The notes beneath the pieces are model-generated. The model ran no database searches and was not told the DNA's origin. It worked only from the letters and a program-made list of their open reading frames with translations. The position numbers and the translations under genes were made by a program. From positions 124,001 to 188,000 of IMG/VR virus record IMGVR_UViG_3300026512_000002: a DNA stretch of 64,000 bases, one strand, 5' to 3'. Position 1 is the first letter of the stretch; the number at the start of each line of letters is the position of its first letter. This document shows positions 1 through 10,594 of this stretch, in pieces.

Positions 1-435
1 CATCATCCATTCACATTATTTGATATTGTTCAATTGGTGTTAGAGCGTGAGATTGAGAACAATCCTGGTTCTACGGCTTTCAACGAATATTATTTAGCCA
101 ATGATGTTATGGAGTTACATGCTAGTAATATGGTTGGTATGGTACCGTTGACAAAAACAATACACCAAGCATTTCATGCTGGAATGATAACTATTCCAAA
201 ATCCGAAGTTTATGGAGATGTTGACGCGTTTTATAACAAGTACCATAGATTCATGGATGATGTTTTATCAAATAAATATGCGTTTTATAACAGTACTGAT
301 AATATGAGCATATTTGATTTTGAAAACAACAGAACAGTATTAACAGTTAATAAACAAATTATTGAAACTGTTGGAACATTACCAATAAATAAAATATCTA
401 GTATTGATAATAACAATATTGAATTTTTAGAATAG
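1..435 (+). CDS. Hypothetical protein, 5'-truncated, with a His-rich HNH-like motif
   Basis: The frame is open from base 1 (HHPFTLFDIVQL...). The HHP...VGMVPLTKTIHQAFH pattern resembles a beta-beta-alpha-metal/HNH signature. Confidence 0.45.
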   Translation, partial: HHPFTLFDIVQLVLEREIENNPGSTAFNEYYLANDVMELHASNMVGMVPLTKTIHQAFHAGMITIPKSEVYGDVDAFYNKYHRFMDDVLSNKYAFYNSTDNMSIFDFENNRTVLTVNKQIIETVGTLPINKISSIDNNNIEFLE

Positions 436-445
436 GAGAGCAATT

Positions 446-949
446 ATGTTAAATGAATTTATTTTTACCACTGTTATGGTTGGTATAATAGCAGTTGTGT
501 CTATTATATTCAATGTGCTGTATGAGATTAATAAGCGTAAAATATTAAAAAATTTTGGAGATGTTTTAAAACATTTGGATAATCTTAATAAAACTATTTT
601 TTTTTCTGATACTAAGCATAATCTTTTAAATACTTTAGATAAACTTATCATGGATAGTGTATCATATGAACTTAAACAGCTTAAATATATTAACACTGGT
701 AAGTATTATAGTAGTGAAGATTTGGTAGAATTATCACACGTAATATTCAATAGAGTGGATATGTATATGACTGATGATTTTTTAAAAATATGCTATGTTA
801 TTATTAATGAAAATAGTTTTAACGATTATTTGGTTCGAAGAATATATCTTATATTACTAGATGTTATAAGGGAACTTAATAAAAAAAGTAGAGGTGGTGC
901 TTTAGACAACACTGTTGGTGTTCCAAATGTCTCACAAGTTGACGGTTAA
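446..949 (+). CDS. Hypothetical protein with an N-terminal transmembrane anchor
   Basis: RBS AGGAG upstream; hydrophobic FIFTTVMVGIIAVVSIIFNVLY followed by basic residues. Confidence 0.6.
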   Translation: MLNEFIFTTVMVGIIAVVSIIFNVLYEINKRKILKNFGDVLKHLDNLNKTIFFSDTKHNLLNTLDKLIMDSVSYELKQLKYINTGKYYSSEDLVELSHVIFNRVDMYMTDDFLKICYVIINENSFNDYLVRRIYLILLDVIRELNKKSRGGALDNTVGVPNVSQVDG

Positions 950-950
950 A

Positions 951-1517
951 TTATTTAAGTTTTCCTAATACTATTTTATGAAACCTTATTTCTTCTTTTT
1001 CAGATAGTTCATGTATATCAACTATGTTTTCATGTAACATTTGATTTCTAACTATACTTCTAAATGTATAATTTTCCATATTATCACTTGTTCTTTCTCT
1101 AAGAGCTTGTAGTTTTTCATTAACTTCTGGTTCGTTTATAAATGTTTCATCTAAACTTTCTTTATAGATACCTTTTTTTTCAGATGGTGATTGATATTCG
1201 TATTCAACCCCTTTAAGCAATTCAGACATTTGTTTTCCTGTCAACTTTGATTTAAGTTCACCAAAACTGTTCACCTCAACATCGAATTTTTTTTTAGCTA
1301 ATGCATACAATACTTTGTGATATTTATCGATGTTAGTAGGTTCTTTAGCTTTTTTAAAAGTTTCCAAAACGGATACATTTTCCGATATTTGTACATGTTC
1401 ATTTTCAATGGTTTCATATATACGATACAATGTGTTTTCATATATAGTATTTTGTAAAAATTCTAATTCTTCTTTTACTTCATCTAATTCTTTATAAAGT
1501 TTGTCTATCATATTCAT
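951..1517 (-). CDS. Hypothetical acidic protein, probable processed head protein
   Basis: RBS AGGAG; downstream of the neck and protease genes; many hydrophobic-x-E|N/S/T sites. Confidence 0.45.
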   Translation of the reverse strand: MNMIDKLYKELDEVKEELEFLQNTIYENTLYRIYETIENEHVQISENVSVLETFKKAKEPTNIDKYHKVLYALAKKKFDVEVNSFGELKSKLTGKQMSELLKGVEYEYQSPSEKKGIYKESLDETFINEPEVNEKLQALRERTSDNMENYTFRSIVRNQMLHENIVDIHELSEKEEIRFHKIVLGKLK

Positions 1518-1528
1518 GATTACTCCTA

Positions 1529-2242
1529 TTAATTATTTGTATGAAAAATTCTTTTTCTATGTGCTGATTTCCAGTAATTCTTTTTCCAATACTCTACTAT
1601 ATCTCTTCGTTTTTCAGCCATACCTTCAAATTGACTTAGATTAAGTTCTAATGAACCAAAAGCTGTTGTTATATTTTCATACTGTTTTCGTATATTATAA
1701 ATAGCATCTTTAACATCAACTAATGCTAATTCCTTAAACTCATCTTCCATATTTGTAGGTATAGTGTAAAATGTGTCTGGGTGTATAGTATGGAATGTCA
1801 CTTGCATTATATTACCAACATATGTTTTACGTGGATATATACGTAATATGTTTGGTCGTATAAATTCACTTGTAATTGGAGTTGTCATACCAGATGTTAT
1901 ATTATTTCTCAATTGTCGATTAACAACAGCACCGTCAAAAGCTAGACCTGGATAAAATTCCGAATTATCATGTGACATTACAAGTCTTCTAAGTGATAAT
2001 ATTTTAGCTGGGTTAACTGCGGTTGTGGGTATTATAAAATCACCTGCAGAGCCAGGAACTGTTAACGCATTAGTCCCAATTTTTAATTCTAATTCTAACT
2101 GATATGGGTAGTATTTAGAAAAAGTGACTAATGTATGATCCTTTATTATTTCCAATAAATATGCCATTTCCATTTCTAGATGTGCATGAGAAATACCCAA
2201 CTTACTTCCAATATACTTTGCCAATTTAGTTGTGTTAAGCAT
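1529..2242 (-). CDS. Neck / head-completion protein (T4 gp13-like)
   Basis: N-terminus LAKYIGSKLG..HLEMEMAYLLEIIKDHTLVTFSKYYP resembles the gp13 pattern (I.rrLG....vEl...qi...i..al..f..Y); C-terminal G.LELN; lies in the head gene cluster. Confidence 0.6.
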   Translation of the reverse strand: MLNTTKLAKYIGSKLGISHAHLEMEMAYLLEIIKDHTLVTFSKYYPYQLELELKIGTNALTVPGSAGDFIIPTTAVNPAKILSLRRLVMSHDNSEFYPGLAFDGAVVNRQLRNNITSGMTTPITSEFIRPNILRIYPRKTYVGNIMQVTFHTIHPDTFYTIPTNMEDEFKELALVDVKDAIYNIRKQYENITTAFGSLELNLSQFEGMAEKRRDIVEYWKKNYWKSAHRKRIFHTNN

Positions 2243-2252
2243 ATTTATCCAC

Positions 2253-3077
2253 CTATTGATCTTTTAAAGCCATTAACATATCTTTATACCTGTTGTGTTT
2301 AACAACATGTTCTTCTAATGGTGATATTATTGTATCTTCTTCATTTTTAACAATTATATCGTTATCAACAATAAATATTTTACTATCTTTAGTTAAAAGA
2401 TTTTCAGATACATCATACATATTTTCTGATAATATTGATAATTCTTTTATATCTGATTCTGTTATAGGATACACATTACCATATTTATGGTTATAATCAT
2501 CTATGTGTCCAGAATCATCATATTTTTCATTAATAATACCACCATCTAACATGTAGGCTATTTTATGACTAGGTGATAAAACATTATCATATGTTATTAA
2601 TCTAAAAGGTCTATTAACATATATAACACCACCTTTTCTTTTAATATTGCCTAAACCTCTCATACTAAAAGCTGCTTTATGTCCACGTAATATTTCACCT
2701 TTTAATTGTGGCCCAAAACCCATATTTGTTGTTTCCAATATCCCTTCAACGCGGTTATTAACAAAAAATAATTCTAGTATTGCATGGGTTGCTCTTTCAC
2801 GTAACACCATACTTTGTCTAGCAACCTGTTTGGTTAATGGGTGGTCTAGTTCACCATACCAACCATTAGTTGAAACAAGTTCTTGTATTCTTGGGTTATT
2901 ATAACCTTCTTTCAACATATCTTCATCATATATTCTATTATTTCTATTTTGTATAAAATCTTGTAATATTGCTCTGAACTTAATAGTGTTAGCTGTTTTA
3001 CTACCCACTACCTCAATTTCGTTATTGGTAGTCGAAGATTCGTGTATTATATGACCGATAATATTATTTTTACTCAT
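2253..3077 (-). CDS. Prohead maturation protease (T4 gp21-like)
   Basis: Motifs QNRNNRIY, GELDHP, ATH.I, FSMRGLG and LITYD.V.SPSH match the gp21 family. Confidence 0.9.
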   Translation of the reverse strand: MSKNNIIGHIIHESSTTNNEIEVVGSKTANTIKFRAILQDFIQNRNNRIYDEDMLKEGYNNPRIQELVSTNGWYGELDHPLTKQVARQSMVLRERATHAILELFFVNNRVEGILETTNMGFGPQLKGEILRGHKAAFSMRGLGNIKRKGGVIYVNRPFRLITYDNVLSPSHKIAYMLDGGIINEKYDDSGHIDDYNHKYGNVYPITESDIKELSILSENMYDVSENLLTKDSKIFIVDNDIIVKNEEDTIISPLEEHVVKHNRYKDMLMALKDQ

Positions 3078-3216
3078 AACAGTACCTATAGTTGTTTATA
3101 TAAGTGTTATTGTTAAAATGTTTCTAATGTAAAATAATCAACATTATTTTTAAACAATATTCAGTATATTTTCTATTTTTTTTTATAAAACATATATATA
3201 AGAATATGGAGGGTAT

Positions 3217-4056
3217 ATGATATTTAATACAGTTAAACCTATAAAAAATGAAAACAGTGCTATCACGATTAAAACTAATACTAGTTTTGGGTACTATGGT
3301 TCAAGTAAAAATGTGACTGTTGTTAATGAGAAAGGTTTAAGCGATGAGCTTAATGACAAATTAAATGGTAGTGACAATGTTGATGATACTACTAAACCTG
3401 ATAACAAACAGAAAAAACAACCTCAAACACAAGAATCTGATAAGCCTGATGATAAACAGGTGGAACAACCTCAAACACAAGAATCTGATAATAATGATAA
3501 TGATGATACTGGTTTAAGTGATGAGTTAGATAACAAGTTGGAAAATACTAAAGTTGCCGATAAACAGAACAATCAATCTCAAGCACAAGAACCTAATGTT
3601 ACTCCTGCTATATCGAATGATAATGATACTAAGAACCAAGTTAGTGGTAATTCTAGTACTAATAACGAACCTGTTAAAACAGAAGTTGATATTAAAAAAG
3701 ATAAAATTAGGAAAAAATTACTATTTGATAAATTTGTAAACATGCGAGATGCTATTAACAAATTGTCTTTAAAAATGAGTATTTTTAGAAATAGAAACGA
3801 TATTAACATAGAACGTAACGCCCAGGCTTTTAAATATATTGTCACTAAAGTAGATAATATGAAAACTAATATAGATATGGTTATATTGCATAGATATGGT
3901 ATGATGGATAATGGTAAATTAATGTTATTATACAATTCCATGACAACACAGTTTTTAATATTATCTGAAATGTTCTTAAGTTTATTCGTATCAGATGATG
4001 TCAAAAAAGAAATATCAACGATACGAAAAATACGTAAAAATCTAAAAAGTAGTTAA
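3217..4056 (+). CDS. Probable scaffold / prohead core protein with a low-complexity acidic middle
   Basis: Immediately upstream of the capsid gene; internal repeats QPQTQESD x2 and GLSDEL.[DN]KL x2; helical C-terminal domain; AACA-N6-TA upstream. Confidence 0.45.
   Translation: MIFNTVKPIKNENSAITIKTNTSFGYYGSSKNVTVVNEKGLSDELNDKLNGSDNVDDTTKPDNKQKKQPQTQESDKPDDKQVEQPQTQESDNNDNDDTGLSDELDNKLENTKVADKQNNQSQAQEPNVTPAISNDNDTKNQVSGNSSTNNEPVKTEVDIKKDKIRKKLLFDKFVNMRDAINKLSLKMSIFRNRNDINIERNAQAFKYIVTKVDNMKTNIDMVILHRYGMMDNGKLMLLYNSMTTQFLILSEMFLSLFVSDDVKKEISTIRKIRKNLKSS
3416..3491 (+). repeat. 28-bp intragenic direct repeat (aacaacctcaaacacaagaatctgataa)
   Basis: Copies at 3416-3443 and 3464-3491. Confidence 0.85.
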
Positions 4057-4064
4057 TATTACAT

Positions 4065-4076
4065 AACAATAGAATA
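4065..4076 (+). promoter_or_regulatory. Late promoter motif AACA-N6-TA (capsid gene; representative of about 16 copies)
   Basis: AACA-atagaa-TA, 57 nt before the capsid ATG; the same motif recurs before most structural genes. Confidence 0.75.
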
Positions 4077-4132
4077 AATTTATGTATAACTTAAATACAT
4101 GTATATTATGTTTATTTTTTTAGGAGAATAAT

Positions 4133-5938
4133 ATGGCTAGAGTAACGGTTGATAAAACTATACCAGCAGCACCAAGAGTTGAAGGAGCTAATGAGTATAT
4201 TAGGGAAGCTATCCATGGAATGAAAAGAGATTATAATGTTGATATGTTAACTGACTATGTTAATGTTAGCAGAAATAATCCAGAATTAATCAATGAGTAT
4301 ATCGATAGAATGGCGGGTAATTTGGACGTTGAAGATGTTGATATGATGAAAGTTAGTGCTAATAACCAAATGATAGATATGGTTACAGAATCAATGTTTG
4401 GTACTATCCAACCTATTGTATCTATGGTATTACCTATTTATCGTAAGTTTTTACCAAAACTTGTTGTTAAGCAGTCAATGCCTACACAACCAGCACCTGC
4501 ACCTACTTTTAAAATTCAGACAATGGAAGAAAAGTATGTTGATATTAGAGGAAAAGAGACAATTCTTAAAGAATATTTTAATGAAGAGTTTAAAAAAGAT
4601 CCATATACATTCGATACTGGGTTGCTTCCTATTTATAAGGATTTTTTACCTATTATAGCATTAGATGATTATAACCTTATTACAGCTAAAAGAAGTGATG
4701 GAACATATCATGCATCAACACCACTTGCTGCTCAATCTTGGTATGCTACTGAGTTAGCACCTAATGGTGTAACACCTCAAGATAGTTTGGGACCAAAATT
4801 ATATATCACTGAAGTTCAGATGGAATTAGGTATTGGAGCAGATGGTGCTGGCGCATATGACGCTACTAACAACGAAATTGTAACAGTTAGAGTTAATGCT
4901 ATTAAAAACCATGAAGGTACTATTTATGCTGATGTTGAATATGTTGCTGATAGTAGTTGGACAACTATGGTACCTAACCAACATTTAGCTGTTCCACAAG
5001 GTACTAAATTTAATGATATTATTATTGGTAAAGTTAACAATGTGACTGATCAAGTTACTATTACAACTGTTAACGATCAAGCTAACCTTGCACCAGTTGC
5101 TGGTGTTTTTAAAGCTGCTATTGTTTCAGCTAAATTCCAAGGACAAGTGTCTAATGAATTAAATAATGTTGTATCTCAAGCTAAACTTGAAATCAATCAT
5201 AAGGAATACACAGTTGGACATGGTGAACATGTTTCAACACCTACACCAATTGAATATATTAAAGATCTTAATGTTATGTATAGTATTGATGGTGCTTTAA
5301 AGTTAACTGATATTATGTCACATGCAATGGCTAATAGAACTGAACTTGAAGCATGGCATTTTCTTGGTAAATCATATGCTGAAAACAATATGGATCTTAG
5401 AGGTTTCCGTGGATGGTTTGATGTTTCACCTGATTCTAATTTTACAGGACTTCCAGTTCAATGGAAAGAAGAAATTAAAGAAATTATTGATAGAGTTGTT
5501 GTTACAATGACTAATGCTTCAGATCATAATATTGGTAAATTTGTTATTTATGGTAATATGATTGATATGAGTGTTATTAAAAATGTTAGTTGGGATGTTA
5601 GAGCTAATAGTGCTACTGAAATCGGTGGTGTTAAAACAGGATATTCTGTTGGTCAATATTTTGGTGCTGCTGGTAATTATGTTTTAGTTGCAAGTTCACA
5701 AATTCCTGATGGTGAAATCAGAATAGTTTACTACCCTGATGATTCAGAAATGTTAACTTATCAATATATGCCATACTCATTCAATATTGTTAATGATGCA
5801 GCATATAGAAATCCTCATGCACCAAACATTCCATCATTGGTTATGTTAAAAAGACATATCTTTGTTGAAGGTACACCTTATCAAGCAGTTATGGAAATTA
5901 AAAATAATACTGTTGATGGTACATTAACATATAGATAG
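4133..5938 (+). CDS. Major capsid protein (HK97 fold, T4 gp23-like), with N-terminal propeptide
   Basis: MVLPIYRKFLPKLVVKQSMPTQP matches the gp23-type start of the mature capsid. EYIKDLNVMYSIDG...LTDIMS matches the gp23 spine helix. Also YMPY near the C-terminus, strong RBS, biased codons, downstream terminator, and a candidate cleavage site VTE86|S. Confidence 0.85.
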   Translation: MARVTVDKTIPAAPRVEGANEYIREAIHGMKRDYNVDMLTDYVNVSRNNPELINEYIDRMAGNLDVEDVDMMKVSANNQMIDMVTESMFGTIQPIVSMVLPIYRKFLPKLVVKQSMPTQPAPAPTFKIQTMEEKYVDIRGKETILKEYFNEEFKKDPYTFDTGLLPIYKDFLPIIALDDYNLITAKRSDGTYHASTPLAAQSWYATELAPNGVTPQDSLGPKLYITEVQMELGIGADGAGAYDATNNEIVTVRVNAIKNHEGTIYADVEYVADSSWTTMVPNQHLAVPQGTKFNDIIIGKVNNVTDQVTITTVNDQANLAPVAGVFKAAIVSAKFQGQVSNELNNVVSQAKLEINHKEYTVGHGEHVSTPTPIEYIKDLNVMYSIDGALKLTDIMSHAMANRTELEAWHFLGKSYAENNMDLRGFRGWFDVSPDSNFTGLPVQWKEEIKEIIDRVVVTMTNASDHNIGKFVIYGNMIDMSVIKNVSWDVRANSATEIGGVKTGYSVGQYFGAAGNYVLVASSQIPDGEIRIVYYPDDSEMLTYQYMPYSFNIVNDAAYRNPHAPNIPSLVMLKRHIFVEGTPYQAVMEIKNNTVDGTLTYR

Positions 5939-5969
5939 AGGTATTATAATATAATTTAAAACCACATAT

Positions 5970-6007
5970 GGCTAATCATACTTTTTGTGTGATTAGCCTT
6001 TCTTTTT
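5970..6007 (+). terminator. Rho-independent terminator after the capsid gene
   Basis: GGCTAATCATAC-ttttt-GTGTGATTAGCC followed by a T-rich run. Confidence 0.85.
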
Positions 6008-6034
6008 CAATCACATTGTTAGGTGGGTGTTGAT

Positions 6035-6565
6035 ATGACAGATTTTAAAGCAATTAAATATGATATATATGGAATTATTTCAAATATAAATAATGTGCAT
6101 AACAGAGAAGAGTATATTCATATGTTAGAAAATGATATATGTGAAATATTTCAATTTAATAAAACTCATATATTTATATTAAATAGTAATGTTCCTATAG
6201 TTAATCTAATAATACCTGAAAAATTAACGCATACTATACTTGATATGATTAAAACAAATGTATTTGCAAGCATACCTAACATGTACTTATTAATAAGTGA
6301 CTATGTTTTTAAGAAGTATGATCATGATGAAATATTAGCTATTATATTACATGAGATTGGTCATTTAAAAAATTCTGAAAGAATAGAAAAAGATATATTG
6401 AATAATGTTAATGGTATTGTTAGTAAAGTAGATATTGATCATGAATACTTTGCTGATAGTTTTGCAGCTAAATTAGGTTATAAAAAAGCTCTTATAAGAT
6501 TTCTTAATAGATATGATGGTATTGATATTGGTTTACGTATTAATAAGTTAGTTAATTTAAAATAA
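6035..6565 (+). CDS. Zinc metallopeptidase (M48-like, HExxH)
   Basis: DEILAIILHEIGH...EYFADSFA...L...L matches the M48 signature; start placed at ATG 6035. Confidence 0.75.
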   Translation: MTDFKAIKYDIYGIISNINNVHNREEYIHMLENDICEIFQFNKTHIFILNSNVPIVNLIIPEKLTHTILDMIKTNVFASIPNMYLLISDYVFKKYDHDEILAIILHEIGHLKNSERIEKDILNNVNGIVSKVDIDHEYFADSFAAKLGYKKALIRFLNRYDGIDIGLRINKLVNLK

Positions 6566-6577
6566 GAGGTGCACTAT

Positions 6578-8491
6578 ATGTTAATAGATCTTAATACATC
6601 TAACACTAGTTTTTTAGAGATGGCGATATTGTTGAAAGAAAAATATGGTGTTAAAAATAATGTTTTTTTTCTTAAGTTATATGATGATAGTTTAGTAGGT
6701 GTCGATCCTAGAGACCCTAGTTTATCTATAGATACGAAAGCTAAAATAGTATATGAATGTTTAATAAACCCATGGTATTATTTCAGGGAGGTTGTACTTA
6801 TACCTGAAGATGGTGGTTCTGCTAGATTTAGGTTGGATATAGGTACATTGTCTCAAGTTTTTTTAACATTACATAATGTATCTATATTTAAATTACAGCC
6901 AAGACAAACTGGTAAAACAATAACAGCTGCTACAGTATATAGTTATTTTTATCAATTTATATTAAAAAATTCAGAAATACTATATATGAACAAGTCGCAT
7001 GGTGATAGTAAGAAAAATATAAAAAGGACTAGGGATATAATAGAAGCTTTGCCAAAATATTTGCAATTTAAACATAAGAAAAATAATACCGCTAAGGAAA
7101 CATTGTTTCTGCATTTACGAAATAATACTATTACTGCTAAACCTACTGCTACTAATCCAACTACAGCTGATCTACTAGGTAGAGGGTTAACAAGCCCAAT
7201 GTTATGGTTTGACGAATATGCTTTTCTCAAATATAATGATATTATTTATGATGCAGCTATTATGGCATTTTCAAAATCATCAGAAAATGCTGAGAAATAT
7301 GGTTCAGCATATGGTGTTGTTATTACAACCACACCTAATTCGGTAGATGTTAGTTCTGGCCATGAGGCATATACTACCATGCAGACATCAGCAAGATGGG
7401 ATATTAATATGTTAGATTGGAGTATTGAAGATATTAGAGAACATGTTAAAACAGGTCAAACTATATTTTTAACAATAGAATATGGTTATCGTGAGTTAAA
7501 TTTAGATGAAGAGTGGTTAGAAACACAAAAAAGATTTTTAAAATATAATATGCTTAAAATTAAACGTGAGATTTTATTAGAATGGCCACAATCTTTTGAT
7601 AATTCACCATTTAGTGAAGAAGAATTAGCTAACATATCGCAACATACTAAAGAAAGAATGAATACTCATCGTATAGATAAATATCTTTTTGAAATATATG
7701 AGACTATAGATCCTAATAAAGTATATGTATTAGGATCCGATGTTGGTGGTGGGTTAGGAGCTGATAGTTCAACCATAGTCGTATATGATCCTGATGATAA
7801 AAAAGTTGCAGCTACATTTGCATCAAATACTGAATCAGTAACAATACCTAAGTTTACAAAATTAATAATAAATGTTATGGATAATTGGTTACCATATTCG
7901 ATCATAGCTATAGAACGAAACAATTATGGGTTAGGGATTATACAAGAGATAATCGAAACTCGTCCTGATTTAAAAAGACGACTACTATATCATTATAAGA
8001 ATGAAATTAATGTTAGTAAAAATGGTGAAAAAATTAAAGATGTTCGTAAAAATAATAGTAATAAAAACGGATCAAGAATATATGGTGTCAATACAAACGG
8101 TACTAGTCGTGATGATATGATGGATGATTTATATGATATTATATTAAGCGAACCTACACGTTTAAGTGTTAGATCAATATATTCACAAATTAAAACATTA
8201 GAAATTAAGAAAACAAGTAGTGGTAAAGAGCGCATAGAACATATGACTGGAAAACACGATGATATACTATTTGGATTTTTAATATTAACATGGGCATTGA
8301 AACAACGTCCGACCAAAAAAATGATAGGCGAAATGAAACGGTTATCATATAAAAATAATATCAATAATCTTACAAAGAAAACAGTTAAAACTAATTCCAT
8401 ATTAGAACTTAATAAACGATATAATGATAATGTGATATATAATACTAAAAAAACAGGCTCTATATTTGATTTAAATAGACGTGACAGGTAA
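6578..8491 (+). CDS. Terminase large subunit
   Basis: Walker A PRQTGKT, Walker B WFDEYAF, motif III TTTP, nuclease motifs GSDVGGG.GADSS, IERN and HDD; RBS GAGGTG before ATG 6578. Confidence 0.93.
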   Translation: MLIDLNTSNTSFLEMAILLKEKYGVKNNVFFLKLYDDSLVGVDPRDPSLSIDTKAKIVYECLINPWYYFREVVLIPEDGGSARFRLDIGTLSQVFLTLHNVSIFKLQPRQTGKTITAATVYSYFYQFILKNSEILYMNKSHGDSKKNIKRTRDIIEALPKYLQFKHKKNNTAKETLFLHLRNNTITAKPTATNPTTADLLGRGLTSPMLWFDEYAFLKYNDIIYDAAIMAFSKSSENAEKYGSAYGVVITTTPNSVDVSSGHEAYTTMQTSARWDINMLDWSIEDIREHVKTGQTIFLTIEYGYRELNLDEEWLETQKRFLKYNMLKIKREILLEWPQSFDNSPFSEEELANISQHTKERMNTHRIDKYLFEIYETIDPNKVYVLGSDVGGGLGADSSTIVVYDPDDKKVAATFASNTESVTIPKFTKLIINVMDNWLPYSIIAIERNNYGLGIIQEIIETRPDLKRRLLYHYKNEINVSKNGEKIKDVRKNNSNKNGSRIYGVNTNGTSRDDMMDDLYDIILSEPTRLSVRSIYSQIKTLEIKKTSSGKERIEHMTGKHDDILFGFLILTWALKQRPTKKMIGEMKRLSYKNNINNLTKKTVKTNSILELNKRYNDNVIYNTKKTGSIFDLNRRDR

Positions 8492-8556
8492 TGTGAAATA
8501 ACACATAAAAAACACCAACAACATTTAATTAATAGAATGTAAATGGAGGTTGTTGT

Positions 8557-9396
8557 ATGAATGATATTTATGATGAAATGATAGAGAAATATATCGATGG
8601 TGATATACATGATGAAAACATATATGAGTATGATGGTAACTTTGATCATGACACATTTATTCAAAATTTGGAAATCGTTATAGGAAACAGAATGTCTGTT
8701 GACAGTAATGATATAAAAGATTTGTTTAGAATAATTAGAAATAGGTATGAGTTTTTAACAAAGCAAATGAATTTTGATGATACAGTAGAGTTGGCTGATG
8801 CTAAAAACGAATATGATGCTTTTGTCGATATCATTATTGAAAAAATTATTGAATTTTATAAATTGGAATATAATGATGATAGTATTGTAACTAATATGTT
8901 TGAACGTGATGAATTGGCTAATGTGTTATATCATTTTTTTATTAAAGATTTTTCAGATAATATGATTATGTTATTTCATGGATATTTAATAGATAATGAG
9001 AATATGATATTAGATAAATTTGAAGTTTCATCTAAAGTGAAAGATGTGACCACTATATCTGTAAGAGAAAAAATTGGCAAGGATCCTGTTGCATTAGCAA
9101 CTGTTTTAAATATGAGTGAGCTTATAGATATTGCTATTGGTGAATTTATGTCAAATCCTTCACGTATAATTAAAGATATTGTCAATTATGATCCTGACGC
9201 ATATTATAATTATAAAATGAAAGAATATTTTAAAATTGATAATGATACCGATAACAATGATTTAGAAGCACCATTACTTAGTGTTGGATCTGAATTTGCT
9301 GAAGTATTTTTTAGCGTGTTAGATGATCAAGATATGAAATTAAAAATAACATCGGATTTAATAAACTTAATTATGGAAGAATTCCTTGAAATGTAA
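8557..9396 (+). CDS. Hypothetical acidic protein (late)
   Basis: RBS GGAGG; AACA-N6-TA at 8520-8531. Confidence 0.6.
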   Translation: MNDIYDEMIEKYIDGDIHDENIYEYDGNFDHDTFIQNLEIVIGNRMSVDSNDIKDLFRIIRNRYEFLTKQMNFDDTVELADAKNEYDAFVDIIIEKIIEFYKLEYNDDSIVTNMFERDELANVLYHFFIKDFSDNMIMLFHGYLIDNENMILDKFEVSSKVKDVTTISVREKIGKDPVALATVLNMSELIDIAIGEFMSNPSRIIKDIVNYDPDAYYNYKMKEYFKIDNDTDNNDLEAPLLSVGSEFAEVFFSVLDDQDMKLKITSDLINLIMEEFLEM

Positions 9397-9404
9397 TTGG
9401 AGGT

Positions 9405-10547
9405 ATGATGAGGAAAAATAATGTTATAGCATTTTCAAATAGTGCTAAAAAAGTTAGAGCTAGAACAAAAGTTCATAAACGTACAAAAAAAATGTCTAAT
9501 GAATTGTTTACAGGTAATGATTTAGAAACAGTAGAATTTTTAAAAGAAATTTATAAAATGGGTGCTGTTGTTGAAAATAGTAGTACTGGAGACCTAGTAG
9601 GTGTTCTTAATAGTATTATATCTAAAATTGAAAGTGCTCCTGATAATATTAGAAATAATTTAACAGCACTATATAATCATTTCACAAATATGAGAGAATG
9701 GATATTGTTAGGTAGTAATATGGATATGTTGGCTCAGATACCAATATCTAAACAATATTTTGATGAAGAAACTGGTGAATTTAACATATCAGAAAGTATA
9801 AAACTTATTCTTAAAGTAAGAGAAAATGTTATCAAGTTTAAAAAACAAACCAATAATACAAAAATTATAGATCCTAAATTAATATTTAGTAAAGATATTG
9901 CTCATGTTGATTATATGACATATCTTAAAACTATGTTAAAAATATTTATTGCTTTTGATAATGTTACAATAACAAGTAATTCCATTAACTTTATAAACAT
10001 CATTGTTGCTAAATTAATTAGTATCCATCCGGATATTATTACACTTATTAATACAGTTGAAGAACTAGAACTCACTGGTGATAATATTTTTGAACACAGT
10101 ATATCTCATACACATACTAAGAAAACATTGGTTGTTGCTGGTTTTCCTGGTGTTGGTAAAACATATTTGACTAAACAGTATGATGAAAAAGAAGAAATTG
10201 TATTAGATAGCGATTCTAGTTTATTTGATAAAAAAGATTTTCCAAATAATTATATTGAACATATTAAAAGTGTTATAGGTAAAGCTGATGTTGTATTTGT
10301 ATCTACTCATGCTGATGTTTTAGCTAAATTAAAAGAAGAGAATGTTGATTTTAAGATAATCTGTCCTAAAAAAGAATTGAAAGAAGAATATTTGTCTAAG
10401 TATAAAGAACGTGGTAATGATGATGCTTTTATTAAGCTATTATCTGAGAATTGGGACATGTGGATTAGTGATATTGGTGACAAGTATGGTGACATCACAT
10501 TGTTTCTAAACAGTGGTGAAACTTTAATGGAACATGTACATATTTAA
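9405..10547 (+). CDS. Two-domain protein: unknown N-terminal domain plus C-terminal P-loop kinase-like domain
   Basis: VVAGFPGVGKTYL and LDSDSS in the last ~145 aa. Confidence 0.65.
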   Translation: MMRKNNVIAFSNSAKKVRARTKVHKRTKKMSNELFTGNDLETVEFLKEIYKMGAVVENSSTGDLVGVLNSIISKIESAPDNIRNNLTALYNHFTNMREWILLGSNMDMLAQIPISKQYFDEETGEFNISESIKLILKVRENVIKFKKQTNNTKIIDPKLIFSKDIAHVDYMTYLKTMLKIFIAFDNVTITSNSINFINIIVAKLISIHPDIITLINTVEELELTGDNIFEHSISHTHTKKTLVVAGFPGVGKTYLTKQYDEKEEIVLDSDSSLFDKKDFPNNYIEHIKSVIGKADVVFVSTHADVLAKLKEENVDFKIICPKKELKEEYLSKYKERGNDDAFIKLLSENWDMWISDIGDKYGDITLFLNSGETLMEHVHI

Positions 10548-10594
10548 ATATAAAAACAAACATTAGTATTAATATTATTCTTTTTATAGGAGTT

